Shown: positions 9,877 to 18,117 of the stretch, piece after piece
Layout of the letters: every line of letters begins with the position of its first letter
Numbering within the stretch: the first letter of the stretch is position 1
Assembly (NCBI GenBank): GCA_032119515.1
Contig: JAUMBX010000228.1
Location: 1 to 25,444 of the forward strand
Direction: 5' to 3'
Origin: Steroidobacteraceae bacterium
GTDB taxonomy: Bacteria; Pseudomonadota; Gammaproteobacteria; Steroidobacterales; Steroidobacteraceae
Length of the DNA: 25,444 nt
Translations under genes and position numbers: made by a program
The notes under the pieces: generated by a model
What the model saw: the letters and a program-made list of their open reading frames with translations, nothing else
Told to the model about the DNA's origin: nothing
Databases searched by the model: none

Positions 9877-10707
9877 TCAATCGAGGAAGCGTCGGACCTC
9901 TTCGGCGACGGCAGCCGGGCTTATGTCAAGCAGGTCCGGGCCTTGGCCCACCAGCTCGACGATCTGCCCCCGTGGCAACAGCTGCTGGGCCTTCGGGGCA
10001 GAACCCCAGTCCGCGTCCTCCGGCCTGAGCAGCAGGACCGGGTGCTGGATCCGTCCCAGGCGCTCGGCCACGGGATAGTTGACCGCGGCAGCGCTGCCCC
10101 ACCAGGCCATCGGGCCTGCAGCGGCCTTGTCGGCGAAGGCCGCGGCGAGCCGGTTGATGTTGGCGTCGCCTCCACAGTCCGCGCGGCTACGCTCCCACTC
10201 CACCAGCAGGTGCGAGCCATCGAGGCGCGGGGGCATGGGCCGGGGTGATTCGTTGAAGGCGCGACGCTCGAGGTCATCCGGCAGCGGCACGCCGATCATC
10301 ACGATCCTGCGGACCAGCTCCGGAAACTGAATGGCGACCTCGGCCGCCACCAGCGAACCGTCCCCGCGTCCCAGCAGGTCCACCTGTCGCAGGCGGAGAT
10401 GGCCCAGCACGTCGGCCACGGCTGCGGCATAGTCGGCGACGGTCGGTGGACGCGGAGGCGGATCGGATTGCCCGAAGCCTGGGAGGTCCGGCGCGTAGAG
10501 GGTGCGCTGCCCGCCCAGTTCACCCATCAGCCCGCTGAACACCCGGCCGCTGCGCGGAAACGGGTGCAGGCACACGAGCGAGGTCAGCTCATCGAAGCCG
10601 CCGTTACCGGAAAAGGCACTGCGCACGTGCAACTGGCCGTACCGGCAGTCCACGTACATGCGTCGCACGTGTACCTGCATGGCGGTGTCGGAGCGTTTGC
10701 GGGTCAT
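9877..10707 (-). CDS. Alpha/beta-hydrolase fold protein with degenerate catalytic motifs
   Basis: Fold signatures LVCLH, APDLPGFGQSD and RIQHPVLLL, plus a C-terminal P..VAEEVRRFL helix. The nucleophile elbow reads G-R-G-D-G. ATG 10707 overlaps the upstream stop as TGATG; the alternative start is ATG 10680. Confidence 0.82.
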   Translation of the reverse strand: MTRKRSDTAMQVHVRRMYVDCRYGQLHVRSAFSGNGGFDELTSLVCLHPFPRSGRVFSGLMGELGGQRTLYAPDLPGFGQSDPPPRPPTVADYAAAVADVLGHLRLRQVDLLGRGDGSLVAAEVAIQFPELVRRIVMIGVPLPDDLERRAFNESPRPMPPRLDGSHLLVEWERSRADCGGDANINRLAAAFADKAAAGPMAWWGSAAAVNYPVAERLGRIQHPVLLLRPEDADWGSAPKAQQLLPRGQIVELVGQGPDLLDISPAAVAEEVRRFLD

Positions 10708-12071
10708 CAAGCGAGCCTCAGATACCATTCGTAATCCAGCGTGGTAGGGACAGCATGAAAACGATCCCACTCCGCCCGCTTGATCGCCATGAACACGTTA
10801 ACGAAACCGTCACCGAGCGAGTCATTAAGTAAACGACCGCTTGCAGACCGCGCGAGTGCCGCCTGCCAATCGAGCGGCAGCGTGGGGTCCGCAGGACGTT
10901 CGTACCCATTGCCAGTGACGATCTCGCCCGGCTCGAGTCGCTGGCGGATGCCGAGATGCATGCCCGCGAGCACGGCCGCGACGGCCAGGTAGGGGTTGGC
11001 GTCGGCGCCGCAGATGCGATGCTCCACGTGCCGCGACTCGGGCGGACCCGTCGGGATGCGGAAGCCCACGCTGCGATTGTTGACGCCCCAGGTCGCGGCG
11101 ACCGGCGCATAGGACTGGCGCCTGAAGCGTCGATAGGAGTTGGCGTTGGGCGCAAAGATCGCCATCGACTCCGGCAGTGCCGCCGCCATGCCACCGATGG
11201 CGTGCCGAAGCAGCGGAGTGCCGGCCGGGTCTTCGCTGGCGAACAGGTTGCGGCCATGGGCGTCGGCGAGGCTGACATGCACGTGCATGCCGCTGCCGGC
11301 ATGCTCCAGGAAGGGCTTGGCCATGAAGGTAGCCACCCGCCCGTGGCGGGCACTGACGCCGCGCACCAGGCGCTTCCAGCGGATCGCATCATCGGCGGCC
11401 GCCAGTGCATCGGGCCGGTGCTCGAGGGTCACCTCGAACTGACCCGGCGCGTATTCCGACATCAGGGTCCTGATCGGCAGCTGCTGGACTGCCGCCGCGC
11501 GGTAGAGGTCGTCGAACAGGGGCGTCATTTCTTCGAGCTTGCCAAGGCCGTAGGCGTCGTGGCGGGTCGTGTGCTCGCCGGTCAGCAGGCCGCTGGCCGG
11601 GCGTATGCCCTGCCCGTCGGGTTCCACCAGGAAAAATTCGAGCTCCAGCGCCACCACCGGGTACAGGCCATCCGCCTGCAGCTGGCCGATCACCCTCGCG
11701 AGGCCGTGGCGTGGATCCGCGGCCGCCGGCTGGCCGTTGGCCTCGTACATGCTCATGAGCAGCTGTGCGGTGGGACGCTCCAGCCACGGCACCCGCTGCA
11801 AGGTACCCGGAATCGGCCAGCAGACCTGGTCGGCGTCGCCGGCCGACCAGACCAGGCCGGTCTCCTCCACGTCCTCGCCGCGCAGGTCGAGCCCCAGGAT
11901 GGAACCCGCCACCGGCCGGCCCCGACGATACAGCGCCTCCAGTTCCTCCCGCGCGATGCTCTTGCCGCGTGCCACGCCACCGGGATCGGTGATCAGCAGC
12001 TGAACCGCCTCCACCTCGGGGTGCGCGGCCAGGAAGCCCAGCGCCTCCTCCACCTTCGCCCCCGCGCTCAT
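10707..12071 (-). CDS. Glutamine synthetase-like gamma-glutamyl-amine ligase (PuuA/PauA-like), 454 aa
   Basis: GS fold motifs ELEFFL, SEYAPGQFE, FMAKP, GSGMHVHVS, NSYRR, WGVNNRS, VEHR and GADANPYL. The N-terminal RGK...DLRGEDVEETGL...GDAD segment is PuuA/PauA-like. ATG 12071 overlaps the aminotransferase stop as ATGA, so the ORF-track extension to 12323 is rejected. Confidence 0.9.
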   Translation of the reverse strand: MSAGAKVEEALGFLAAHPEVEAVQLLITDPGGVARGKSIAREELEALYRRGRPVAGSILGLDLRGEDVEETGLVWSAGDADQVCWPIPGTLQRVPWLERPTAQLLMSMYEANGQPAAADPRHGLARVIGQLQADGLYPVVALELEFFLVEPDGQGIRPASGLLTGEHTTRHDAYGLGKLEEMTPLFDDLYRAAAVQQLPIRTLMSEYAPGQFEVTLEHRPDALAAADDAIRWKRLVRGVSARHGRVATFMAKPFLEHAGSGMHVHVSLADAHGRNLFASEDPAGTPLLRHAIGGMAAALPESMAIFAPNANSYRRFRRQSYAPVAATWGVNNRSVGFRIPTGPPESRHVEHRICGADANPYLAVAAVLAGMHLGIRQRLEPGEIVTGNGYERPADPTLPLDWQAALARSASGRLLNDSLGDGFVNVFMAIKRAEWDRFHAVPTTLDYEWYLRLA

Positions 12072-13438
12072 GCGAAAGCCACCAGCTCGCGGATGCACTC
12101 GGCCCAGGCCGAATACAAACGGTCCACCTCGGCGGCCGGGGTGACCGGCGACATCAGCACCATGTTGTGGAAGGGGGTGATGACCAACCCCCGGTTCAGC
12201 AGGTAGAGACGGATGGCCTCGGGCAGCAGCGGCGGCACCGCAGCCACGGACTGCCGACCACTGCGCGGCGGCAGGCGGGAATAGCCGACCTCCAGTCGTG
12301 CCCCCACCCGCTGGACGTTCCATGGCAATCCCTCAGCCTCGAGCAGTGACTCCAGGGCGTCTTCCAGCCTCTCACCCATCGCCAGCATGTGCTGGAAGGC
12401 AGCGGGTGTCATGACACCCTCCAGGCAGGCGCGGAGGGAAGTCATCGCCAGCGGGTTGGCGGAGAGCGTGGTGCCAATTCCGGAATGGCCGGGCGGTTTG
12501 GCCGCCATCACCCCGCGGATCCTCTCCTCGAGCTCGGCAGTGAAGCCGTAGACGGCGCAGGGAAAACCGCCGGCGATCGCCTTGCCCACCACCAGCACAT
12601 CGGGCTCCAGCCTCGCCGTGCGGCAGTAGCCACCCGGGCCGGAGGACAGGGTGTGCGTCTCGTCAATTACCAGCAGGGTCTTGTGTTTACGGGTGACCTC
12701 GCGCAGCGCATCCAGGAAACCCGGCGCCGGGAGCACCATGCCGGCATTGGTCATCACCGGCTCGGCCAGCACGCAGGCGACTTCGCGGGTGCGCAGCGCC
12801 GCCTCCACCGCCGGCAGGTCGTTGAAGTCCACGCAGCGGGTATGACGCGACAGGTCGGCGGCCTGGCCGACGAGGCCGGGCCGGTTCCTGACCTGGCCGT
12901 CCCGGTCCAGACGGACGAAGGCATCGTCGACCATGCCGTGGTAACACTGGTCGAAGACCAGGATCGCGGGACGGCCGGTGATGGCGCGGGCCCAGCAGAT
13001 CACCGCCCGGTTGGCGTCCGAGGCGGTCTGGGCGACCTGCCAGAACGGCAGGCCGAAGTGTCGCGCCAGCAGCTCACCGGCCACCGCGGCGTCCTCGCCC
13101 GGCAGCATGGTGGTCAGGCCGCGCCGTGCCTGGCGGGCCAGCGCCGCCGCAACCGGAGGCGGCGAGTGGCCGAACATCGCGCCGGTGTCACCCAGGCAGA
13201 AATCGGTGTACCGGTGGCCGTCCACGTCCTCGAGTGCGACCCCGGAGGCAGCGGCCAGGTGCAGGGGAAAGGGCAGCGACCAGTCGCTCATCCAGTGCAG
13301 GGGCACACCACCGAGCCAGTGCCGCGCGCCGCGCCCGGCCAGCTCGCGGGAACGCGGGTGGCGCGAGAGGTACTCGGCCGTTTCCCGTTCCAGCAGCGAG
13401 GTGATGCGTTGCCTGTCGATCCCGGCCAGGGTGTCCAT
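12068..13438 (-). CDS. Class III PLP-dependent aminotransferase (glutamate-1-semialdehyde aminomutase-like subgroup; probably not HemL)
   Basis: DVDGHRYTDF..G...FGHS motif, YHG, AEPVMTN, LVIDETHT, PLP lysine in DVLVVGKAIAGGFP, and GTTLSAN. Substrate unknown. Confidence 0.9.
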   Translation of the reverse strand: MDTLAGIDRQRITSLLERETAEYLSRHPRSRELAGRGARHWLGGVPLHWMSDWSLPFPLHLAAASGVALEDVDGHRYTDFCLGDTGAMFGHSPPPVAAALARQARRGLTTMLPGEDAAVAGELLARHFGLPFWQVAQTASDANRAVICWARAITGRPAILVFDQCYHGMVDDAFVRLDRDGQVRNRPGLVGQAADLSRHTRCVDFNDLPAVEAALRTREVACVLAEPVMTNAGMVLPAPGFLDALREVTRKHKTLLVIDETHTLSSGPGGYCRTARLEPDVLVVGKAIAGGFPCAVYGFTAELEERIRGVMAAKPPGHSGIGTTLSANPLAMTSLRACLEGVMTPAAFQHMLAMGERLEDALESLLEAEGLPWNVQRVGARLEVGYSRLPPRSGRQSVAAVPPLLPEAIRLYLLNRGLVITPFHNMVLMSPVTPAAEVDRLYSAWAECIRELVAFA

Positions 13439-13444
13439 GACGCC

Positions 13445-13450
13445 AGCCTA
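13445..13450 (-). promoter_or_regulatory. Putative sigma70 -10 element (TAGGCT) 6 nt upstream of the aminotransferase ATG; possible leaderless transcript
   Basis: Minus strand reads cagTAGGCTggcgtcATG, with no Shine-Dalgarno in between. Motif match only. Confidence 0.35.
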
Positions 13451-13487
13451 CTGCCGGGCCGCCCCGGTATCCACTCCCCCCATCGGC

Positions 13488-13493
13488 TATAAT
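13488..13493 (+). promoter_or_regulatory. Consensus -10 box (TATAAT) for the VOC-GST unit
   Basis: Perfect TATAAT in a GC-rich divergent intergenic region, 31 nt before the VOC ATG, with a GGAGG RBS at 13515-13519. No convincing -35. Confidence 0.55.
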
Positions 13494-13524
13494 GTGCGAA
13501 GCAATCACCCACCCGGAGGCGGAC

Positions 13525-13899
13525 ATGTTTTCGCACGTGATGATCGGCACCAACGACCTCGAACGCGCCAAGGCCTTCTACGATGCCGTGCTCGGCACGC
13601 TGGGCGTACCGCCGGCAAGAATGGACGGCCACCGCATGTTCTACATCACCCCAGCGGGTATCTTTTCGGTGACCACCCCGATCGACGGCCAGCCGGCCAC
13701 GGCGGGCAACGGCGCCACCATCGGCTTCGCCGCCACCTCTCCCGAGCAGGTCGATGCCTGGCACGCCGCCGGGGTCTCCGCCGGCGGCAACAGCTGCGAG
13801 GATCCGCCTGGCGTGCGCGCGGGCTCGGTGGGCAGGCTCTACCTGGCCTACCTGCGCGACCCGGACGGCAACAAGCTCTGCGCCCTGCACCGGCTGTAG
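13525..13899 (+). CDS. VOC (glyoxalase/bleomycin resistance/dioxygenase) family protein
   Basis: MFSHVMIGTNDLERAKAFYD N-terminus, GNGATIGF, and YLAYLRDPDGNKLCA C-terminus. Good GGAGG RBS before ATG 13525. Confidence 0.92.
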   Translation: MFSHVMIGTNDLERAKAFYDAVLGTLGVPPARMDGHRMFYITPAGIFSVTTPIDGQPATAGNGATIGFAATSPEQVDAWHAAGVSAGGNSCEDPPGVRAGSVGRLYLAYLRDPDGNKLCALHRL

Positions 13900-13907
13900 A
13901 CCCGACC

Positions 13908-14558
13908 ATGTACGTCCTGCACGGATCGCTGGGCTCGCCCTACGTGGCGCGGGTCGTCCTGGCTGCGCGTCACAAGGGGCTGGAGCTCCAGCCGCAGATG
14001 CCTGCCGACCTGAAGTCGCCGGCTTACCGGGCCATCAATCCTTTTTCGAAGATGCCCGCGCTGGAGCACGACGGCCAGGCCTTGATCGAGTCGGACGTCA
14101 TCGTCGAATACCTGGAGGAGACCCTGCCTGGCCATCCGCTGCTGCCAGGTGGCGCCGCCGATCGCGCCCGCGCCCGGGGTCTCAGCCGGGCCATGGACCT
14201 TTACGTTGGCACCGAGGTCTCGACGCTGTTCCGGCAGATGGATCCCGCCACCCGCGATCCAGCGATCGTGGAGGCCGGCATGGCCCGCCTCGCGGAGGCG
14301 CTGGCTGGCATCGACTCGCTGGTCGTGGGCCCGTGGGCAGCCGGGGCCTTCTCGCTGGCCGACTGCACGCTGCTGCCGTGGATGGTCATCCTGCACAAGA
14401 CCGTGGTCCCCGTACTGGGCGTGCCCGATCCGGTCACTACGCACGGCAACCTGGCCCGCTGGTGGGAGACGACCATGGGAGACCCGGTCACCCGCGGCTT
14501 CCACCAGGAATACGCAGACGCCTTTGACGCGCTGCTCGCCCGTCTGCGCGGGGGCTGA
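13908..14558 (+). CDS. Glutathione S-transferase family protein
   Basis: GSLGSPYVARV N-terminal motif, INPFSKMPAL (cis-Pro loop), IESDVIVEYL, and FSLAD N-cap. Starts 8 nt after the VOC stop. The ORF-track extension from 12978 is a shadow of the aminotransferase. Confidence 0.92.
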   Translation: MYVLHGSLGSPYVARVVLAARHKGLELQPQMPADLKSPAYRAINPFSKMPALEHDGQALIESDVIVEYLEETLPGHPLLPGGAADRARARGLSRAMDLYVGTEVSTLFRQMDPATRDPAIVEAGMARLAEALAGIDSLVVGPWAAGAFSLADCTLLPWMVILHKTVVPVLGVPDPVTTHGNLARWWETTMGDPVTRGFHQEYADAFDALLARLRGG

Positions 14559-14564
14559 CGCCTC

Positions 14565-14987
14565 CTACCACTCCCCGGTGTTGGGCATCGATGCCCAGGG
14601 CTCTGCCGACGGCAGGGCGGCGCCCCGCTGCAGCAACTCGATCGAGATTTTGTCGGGCGAACGCACGAAGGCCATGCGACCGTCCCGCGGCGGGCGATTG
14701 ATGGTGACGCCGGACTTCATCAGGTGATCGCAGGTGGCGTAGATATCCTCGACCTCGTAGGCCAGGTGCCCGAAGGCCCGGCCAATGCCGTAGGGCTGGG
14801 GATCCCAGTTCCAGGTCAGCTCGACGAGCGCCCGCTCTTCATCGCCGGGCGCAGCAAGGAAGACCAGGGTGAAACGCCCCTGCTCAGACTGGTAGCGGCG
14901 CAGCTCGGTGAGGCCGAGCTTGTTGCAGTAGAAGTCCAGGGACTCGCCGAGGTCCGTGACCCGGACCATGGTGTGGAGGTAGCGCAT
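14565..14987 (-). CDS. gloA: Lactoylglutathione lyase (glyoxalase I)
   Basis: [46 protein letters not shown] and AFVRSPD.I.IELLQ. Metal ligands H, E, H, E are recognisable. Confidence 0.9.
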   Translation of the reverse strand: MRYLHTMVRVTDLGESLDFYCNKLGLTELRRYQSEQGRFTLVFLAAPGDEERALVELTWNWDPQPYGIGRAFGHLAYEVEDIYATCDHLMKSGVTINRPPRDGRMAFVRSPDKISIELLQRGAALPSAEPWASMPNTGEW

Positions 14988-14999
14988 GATCGAAACTTA

Positions 15000-16226
15000 T
15001 CACGCCAGGCCCGCGGCGTGGAGCAGCACACCGGATGCCAAGCCGCCGAGGATCACCGTTGGCGCTCCAACCCTGCCTGACGCAAGCAGCAACCCGGCTG
15101 GGATCACGATCAGCATGGCGGTGGGTGGGGCAGCGGCCAGGCTGGCCCCGAACTGCCAGCCGAGTGAGGCCATCACTCCCACCGCAGCTGCGGTGACGCC
15201 CGCCAACGCGCCCTGCAGCCTTGCTTGACCGGACAGCCAGTCGATTCCGGCCGCCCCCGCGAGGATCAGCACGAAGGATGGGAGGAAGGTGGCGTAGCCG
15301 GCCAGCAGGGCAACCCCAATGGCCGTGGCCAACGGCCCGTCGTCACCAGGCGCGTTCCAGCCAGCCAAGAAACCGATGAACTGCAGGGCCGTGACCAGCG
15401 GGCCGGGCGTGGCCTCGGCCATGCCGAGCGCGATCATGGCGTCGTCGAGGGAAATCCAGCCAAGCACCTCGACGGCTTGGTGCTGGACCCAGGCGATGAC
15501 CGCGTAGGCGCCGCCAAAACTGAAGAGCGCCGCCTGGGTGAACAGCCAATAGGCATCAGCCGGCAAGCCGCCTCCTCGACCCGCTGCCGGGAGCAGCAGC
15601 CACGGCAAGCCCCATAGCATGAGACCCACCAGCAGGATGCGGCCGGCGCGGAACCAGGAAAAACTGTTGCTGGGCAGGTGCGCATCGATGACGTCGGCGG
15701 GCAGGAGTATCCAGCCAATGGCCGCGGCGGTCGCGAGTATCCACGGGAAGGCTCCACCCTCGAGGATCATGGCCAGGCAGGCCGAGCCGGCCAGCATCCA
15801 CGCCACCCGCCCCTGCAGCGATGTCCTGGCCAACCGAACCACGGAGTACATGATCAGCGCAAGCACCGCCGACTTCAGCCCCGCCAGCGCGGCAAGGATC
15901 CCGGGCAGCTGACCCCAGGTCACGTAGGCAAAGGCAAGGCAGGCCATCAACAGGCAGGCCGGCAGCACGAAGCAAAGTCCTGCCACCAGGCCGCCCGCAG
16001 TGCCGTGCAACCGCCAGCCGAGGTAAATCACCAGCTGCAGGGCTTCCGGCCCGGGCAGCAACATGCACAGGTTGAGACCGCGGGAAAAGTCTCCGCTGCT
16101 CACCCAACCGCGCTGCACGACCAGCTCGTGGTGCAGCAGGGCGATCTGCCCGGCAGGGCCGCCGAAGGAAAGCAGCCCCAACTTGAGCCACAGCCTGAAG
16201 GCCTGACGGCGACTCACCGTCGGCAC
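15000..16226 (-). CDS. chrA: Chromate efflux transporter (long-chain CHR family)
   Basis: Two homologous halves with SFGGP/SFGGA and LPGP/TPGP motifs; highly hydrophobic. Start placed at GTG 16226, 7 nt after the ilvB stop. Confidence 0.92.
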   Translation of the reverse strand: MPTVSRRQAFRLWLKLGLLSFGGPAGQIALLHHELVVQRGWVSSGDFSRGLNLCMLLPGPEALQLVIYLGWRLHGTAGGLVAGLCFVLPACLLMACLAFAYVTWGQLPGILAALAGLKSAVLALIMYSVVRLARTSLQGRVAWMLAGSACLAMILEGGAFPWILATAAAIGWILLPADVIDAHLPSNSFSWFRAGRILLVGLMLWGLPWLLLPAAGRGGGLPADAYWLFTQAALFSFGGAYAVIAWVQHQAVEVLGWISLDDAMIALGMAEATPGPLVTALQFIGFLAGWNAPGDDGPLATAIGVALLAGYATFLPSFVLILAGAAGIDWLSGQARLQGALAGVTAAAVGVMASLGWQFGASLAAAPPTAMLIVIPAGLLLASGRVGAPTVILGGLASGVLLHAAGLA

Positions 16227-16233
16227 GGGGTGG

Positions 16234-18063
16234 CTAGAACATCCCGGACTTGTCGGGCGCGACGATCGCGGTGCGTTCGCGCGACGAAATCCAGTCACCG
16301 GTGATCATCTGGTCGTAGGACTGGCCCGGCCCGACCATCGGGTAGACCCCGGCATCCGGATCGATGATGACCTCGAGGAAGGCCGGTCCCTTGCAGCCGA
16401 TGAACTCGCCGACCACCCGCGGCACGTCGGCCTTGCGCTCCAGGCGCTCGGCAAACGGGAAGCCATCGGCCTGCGCCGCCTTCACGAAATCCTTCTTGTG
16501 CAGCGACTTGTCCGAAGCCGACAGCCGACCCTTGTGGAACAGCTTCTGCCACTGCTTGACCATGCCGTCGCCGAAATTGTTGAGCACCACCACCTTGATC
16601 GGCAGGTCGTAGGTGGTGACGGTCTCCAGCTCACCGAGGTTCATGCGGATGCTCGCATCACCATCAATGTCGATCACCAGCCTGCCGGGATTGGCGAACT
16701 GGGCGCCGATGGCTGCCGGCAGGCCAAAGCCCATGGTGCCCATGCTCCCGGAGGTGAGCCACAGTCGCGGCTCGCGGAAATCGAAATACTGCGCTGCCCA
16801 CATCTGGTGCTGACCCACACCGGTGGCGATGATCGCCTCGCCGGCGGTCAGGCGGTTGATCTCCTCGATCACGTAGTAGGGCTGGATCAACTCGCTGGCG
16901 CGATCGTAGTTCATCGCGTGGCGGGCCTTGAGCTCGGCGCAGTGGGCGCGCCAGCTGCTCCAGTCAGGCAGCGACTCCTGGATGCCGGCCTCGGCGAGCA
17001 GCACTTCGAGCGCCTGCCGCAGGGGACCGACGTGACTGAAGCTGACCCGCTTGACCTTGTTGATCTCCGAGGCGTCCACGTCGAGGTGCAGGATGTGCCG
17101 CGCATTGCGCGCGAAGCGCGCCGGCACACCGGCCACGCGGTCGTCGAAGCGGGCACCCACGGCGATCAGCAGGTCGCAGTCCTCGACCGCATAGTTGGCG
17201 AAGGCAGCGCCGTGCATGCCCAGCATGCGCATGGACAGGGGCGCCCTGGTGTCGCTCGCGCCGATGCCCATCAGGGTGGTGACCACCGGAATGCCAAGCG
17301 TGTCGCTGAAGGCCCGCAGGCCCGACGAGGCCGCGCCATTGATGACGCCGCCGCCGGCGTAGAGCAGCGGACGCCTGCTTTCGCGCAGCATGGCCAGGAA
17401 CTCGCCGGCACGCGGGGGCGTAAGCAGCGCGTTTTCCACCCTCGCGAGGCGCTGTCGGTATCCGGGGATGGGCAGGCGCGATGCCCCGTCGAACGTGCCA
17501 GTACTGTTCTGCACGTCCTTGGGGATGTCGACGACCACCGGGCCCGGCCGGCCGGTGCGGGCGATCTCGAAGGCGGTGCGGATGGTGGCCTCCAGTCGCC
17601 CTGGCTCCGTGACCAGGAACACGTGCTTGGCCACCGCCCCCATGATCGAGGCCACGGGGGCCTCCTGGAAGGCATCGGAACCGATGGCCGGCCGCGGCAC
17701 CTGACCGCACAGGACCACCATCGGCACCGAATCGGCCATGCTGTCGCGGATCGGCGTGACCAGGTTGGTCGCCCCGGGACCGGAAGTGACCACCGCCACC
17801 CCCACCCGCCCGCTCGAACGAGCATAGCCGGCCGCCATGAACCCCGCGCCCTGCTCGTTGGCCGGGACGATCAACGGCATGCCTGGCCGACCATCGGCCT
17901 GCTCACGCTGGTTGTGGACGAAAATGGCGTCGTAGGTCGGCAGGATCGCGCCGCCCGAATAGCCAAAAATGGTGTTCACCCCTTCGTCCGCCAGGACCTG
18001 GACGATCATCTCGGCGCCGGTCATGGCCTGGCCCGAGAGGGGGTGCTTGCTTGCCGAGGTCAC
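16234..18063 (-). CDS. ilvB: Acetolactate synthase (AHAS) large catalytic subunit
   Basis: IFGYSGGAILP, catalytic Glu in NEQGA, TSGPGATN, AFQE, GPVVVDIPKD, GMHG, RFDDRV, GVGQHQMW, GSMGTMGFGLPAAIGA and ThDP motif GDAS...NN. Start is GTG 18063 (AAGGG upstream) or ATG 18024. The ORF-track extension to 18540 is antisense to ilvN. Confidence 0.95.
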   Translation of the reverse strand: MTSASKHPLSGQAMTGAEMIVQVLADEGVNTIFGYSGGAILPTYDAIFVHNQREQADGRPGMPLIVPANEQGAGFMAAGYARSSGRVGVAVVTSGPGATNLVTPIRDSMADSVPMVVLCGQVPRPAIGSDAFQEAPVASIMGAVAKHVFLVTEPGRLEATIRTAFEIARTGRPGPVVVDIPKDVQNSTGTFDGASRLPIPGYRQRLARVENALLTPPRAGEFLAMLRESRRPLLYAGGGVINGAASSGLRAFSDTLGIPVVTTLMGIGASDTRAPLSMRMLGMHGAAFANYAVEDCDLLIAVGARFDDRVAGVPARFARNARHILHLDVDASEINKVKRVSFSHVGPLRQALEVLLAEAGIQESLPDWSSWRAHCAELKARHAMNYDRASELIQPYYVIEEINRLTAGEAIIATGVGQHQMWAAQYFDFREPRLWLTSGSMGTMGFGLPAAIGAQFANPGRLVIDIDGDASIRMNLGELETVTTYDLPIKVVVLNNFGDGMVKQWQKLFHKGRLSASDKSLHKKDFVKAAQADGFPFAERLERKADVPRVVGEFIGCKGPAFLEVIIDPDAGVYPMVGPGQSYDQMITGDWISSRERTAIVAPDKSGMF

Positions 18064-18097
18064 GCCAAACCCTTGCGCTGCTGGTATCGAGCGGGAC

Positions 18098-18106
18098 AGA
18101 CTAGCA
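18098..18106 (-). promoter_or_regulatory. Putative extended -10 promoter (TGcTAGTCT) for ilvB-chrA-gloA
   Basis: TGn plus a TAnnnT hexamer inside the 54 bp ilvB/ilvN gap. Its -35 position would fall at or inside the ilvN start. Motif match only. Confidence 0.35.
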
Positions 18107-18117
18107 CGACCTCTCCC

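Noticed and set aside
12068-13438. Calling the aminotransferase hemL or the GS-like gene glnA
   Set aside because: The context is not tetrapyrrole synthesis and the N-terminal loop (GGVPLHWM) differs from the HemL GGVNSPVR motif. The ligase lacks the GSI glutamate flap.
13500-13516. Possible sigma54 promoter (GG-N10-GC with TTGC) on the minus strand upstream of the aminotransferase
   Set aside because: The -24 half reads CGGGTG rather than TGGCAC, and no enhancer-like site is nearby. A GG-N10-GC match is likely by chance at this GC content.
12978-13907. Apparent 526 aa GST fusion
   Set aside because: The extension overlaps the aminotransferase (antisense) and the VOC gene in another frame. 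GST motifs start at ATG 13908.
16498-18117. Long N-terminal extension of the 706 aa plus-strand ORF ending in ilvN
   Set aside because: It is antisense to ilvB with no recognisable motifs. Only the last 166 aa, from ATG 18118, are IlvN.
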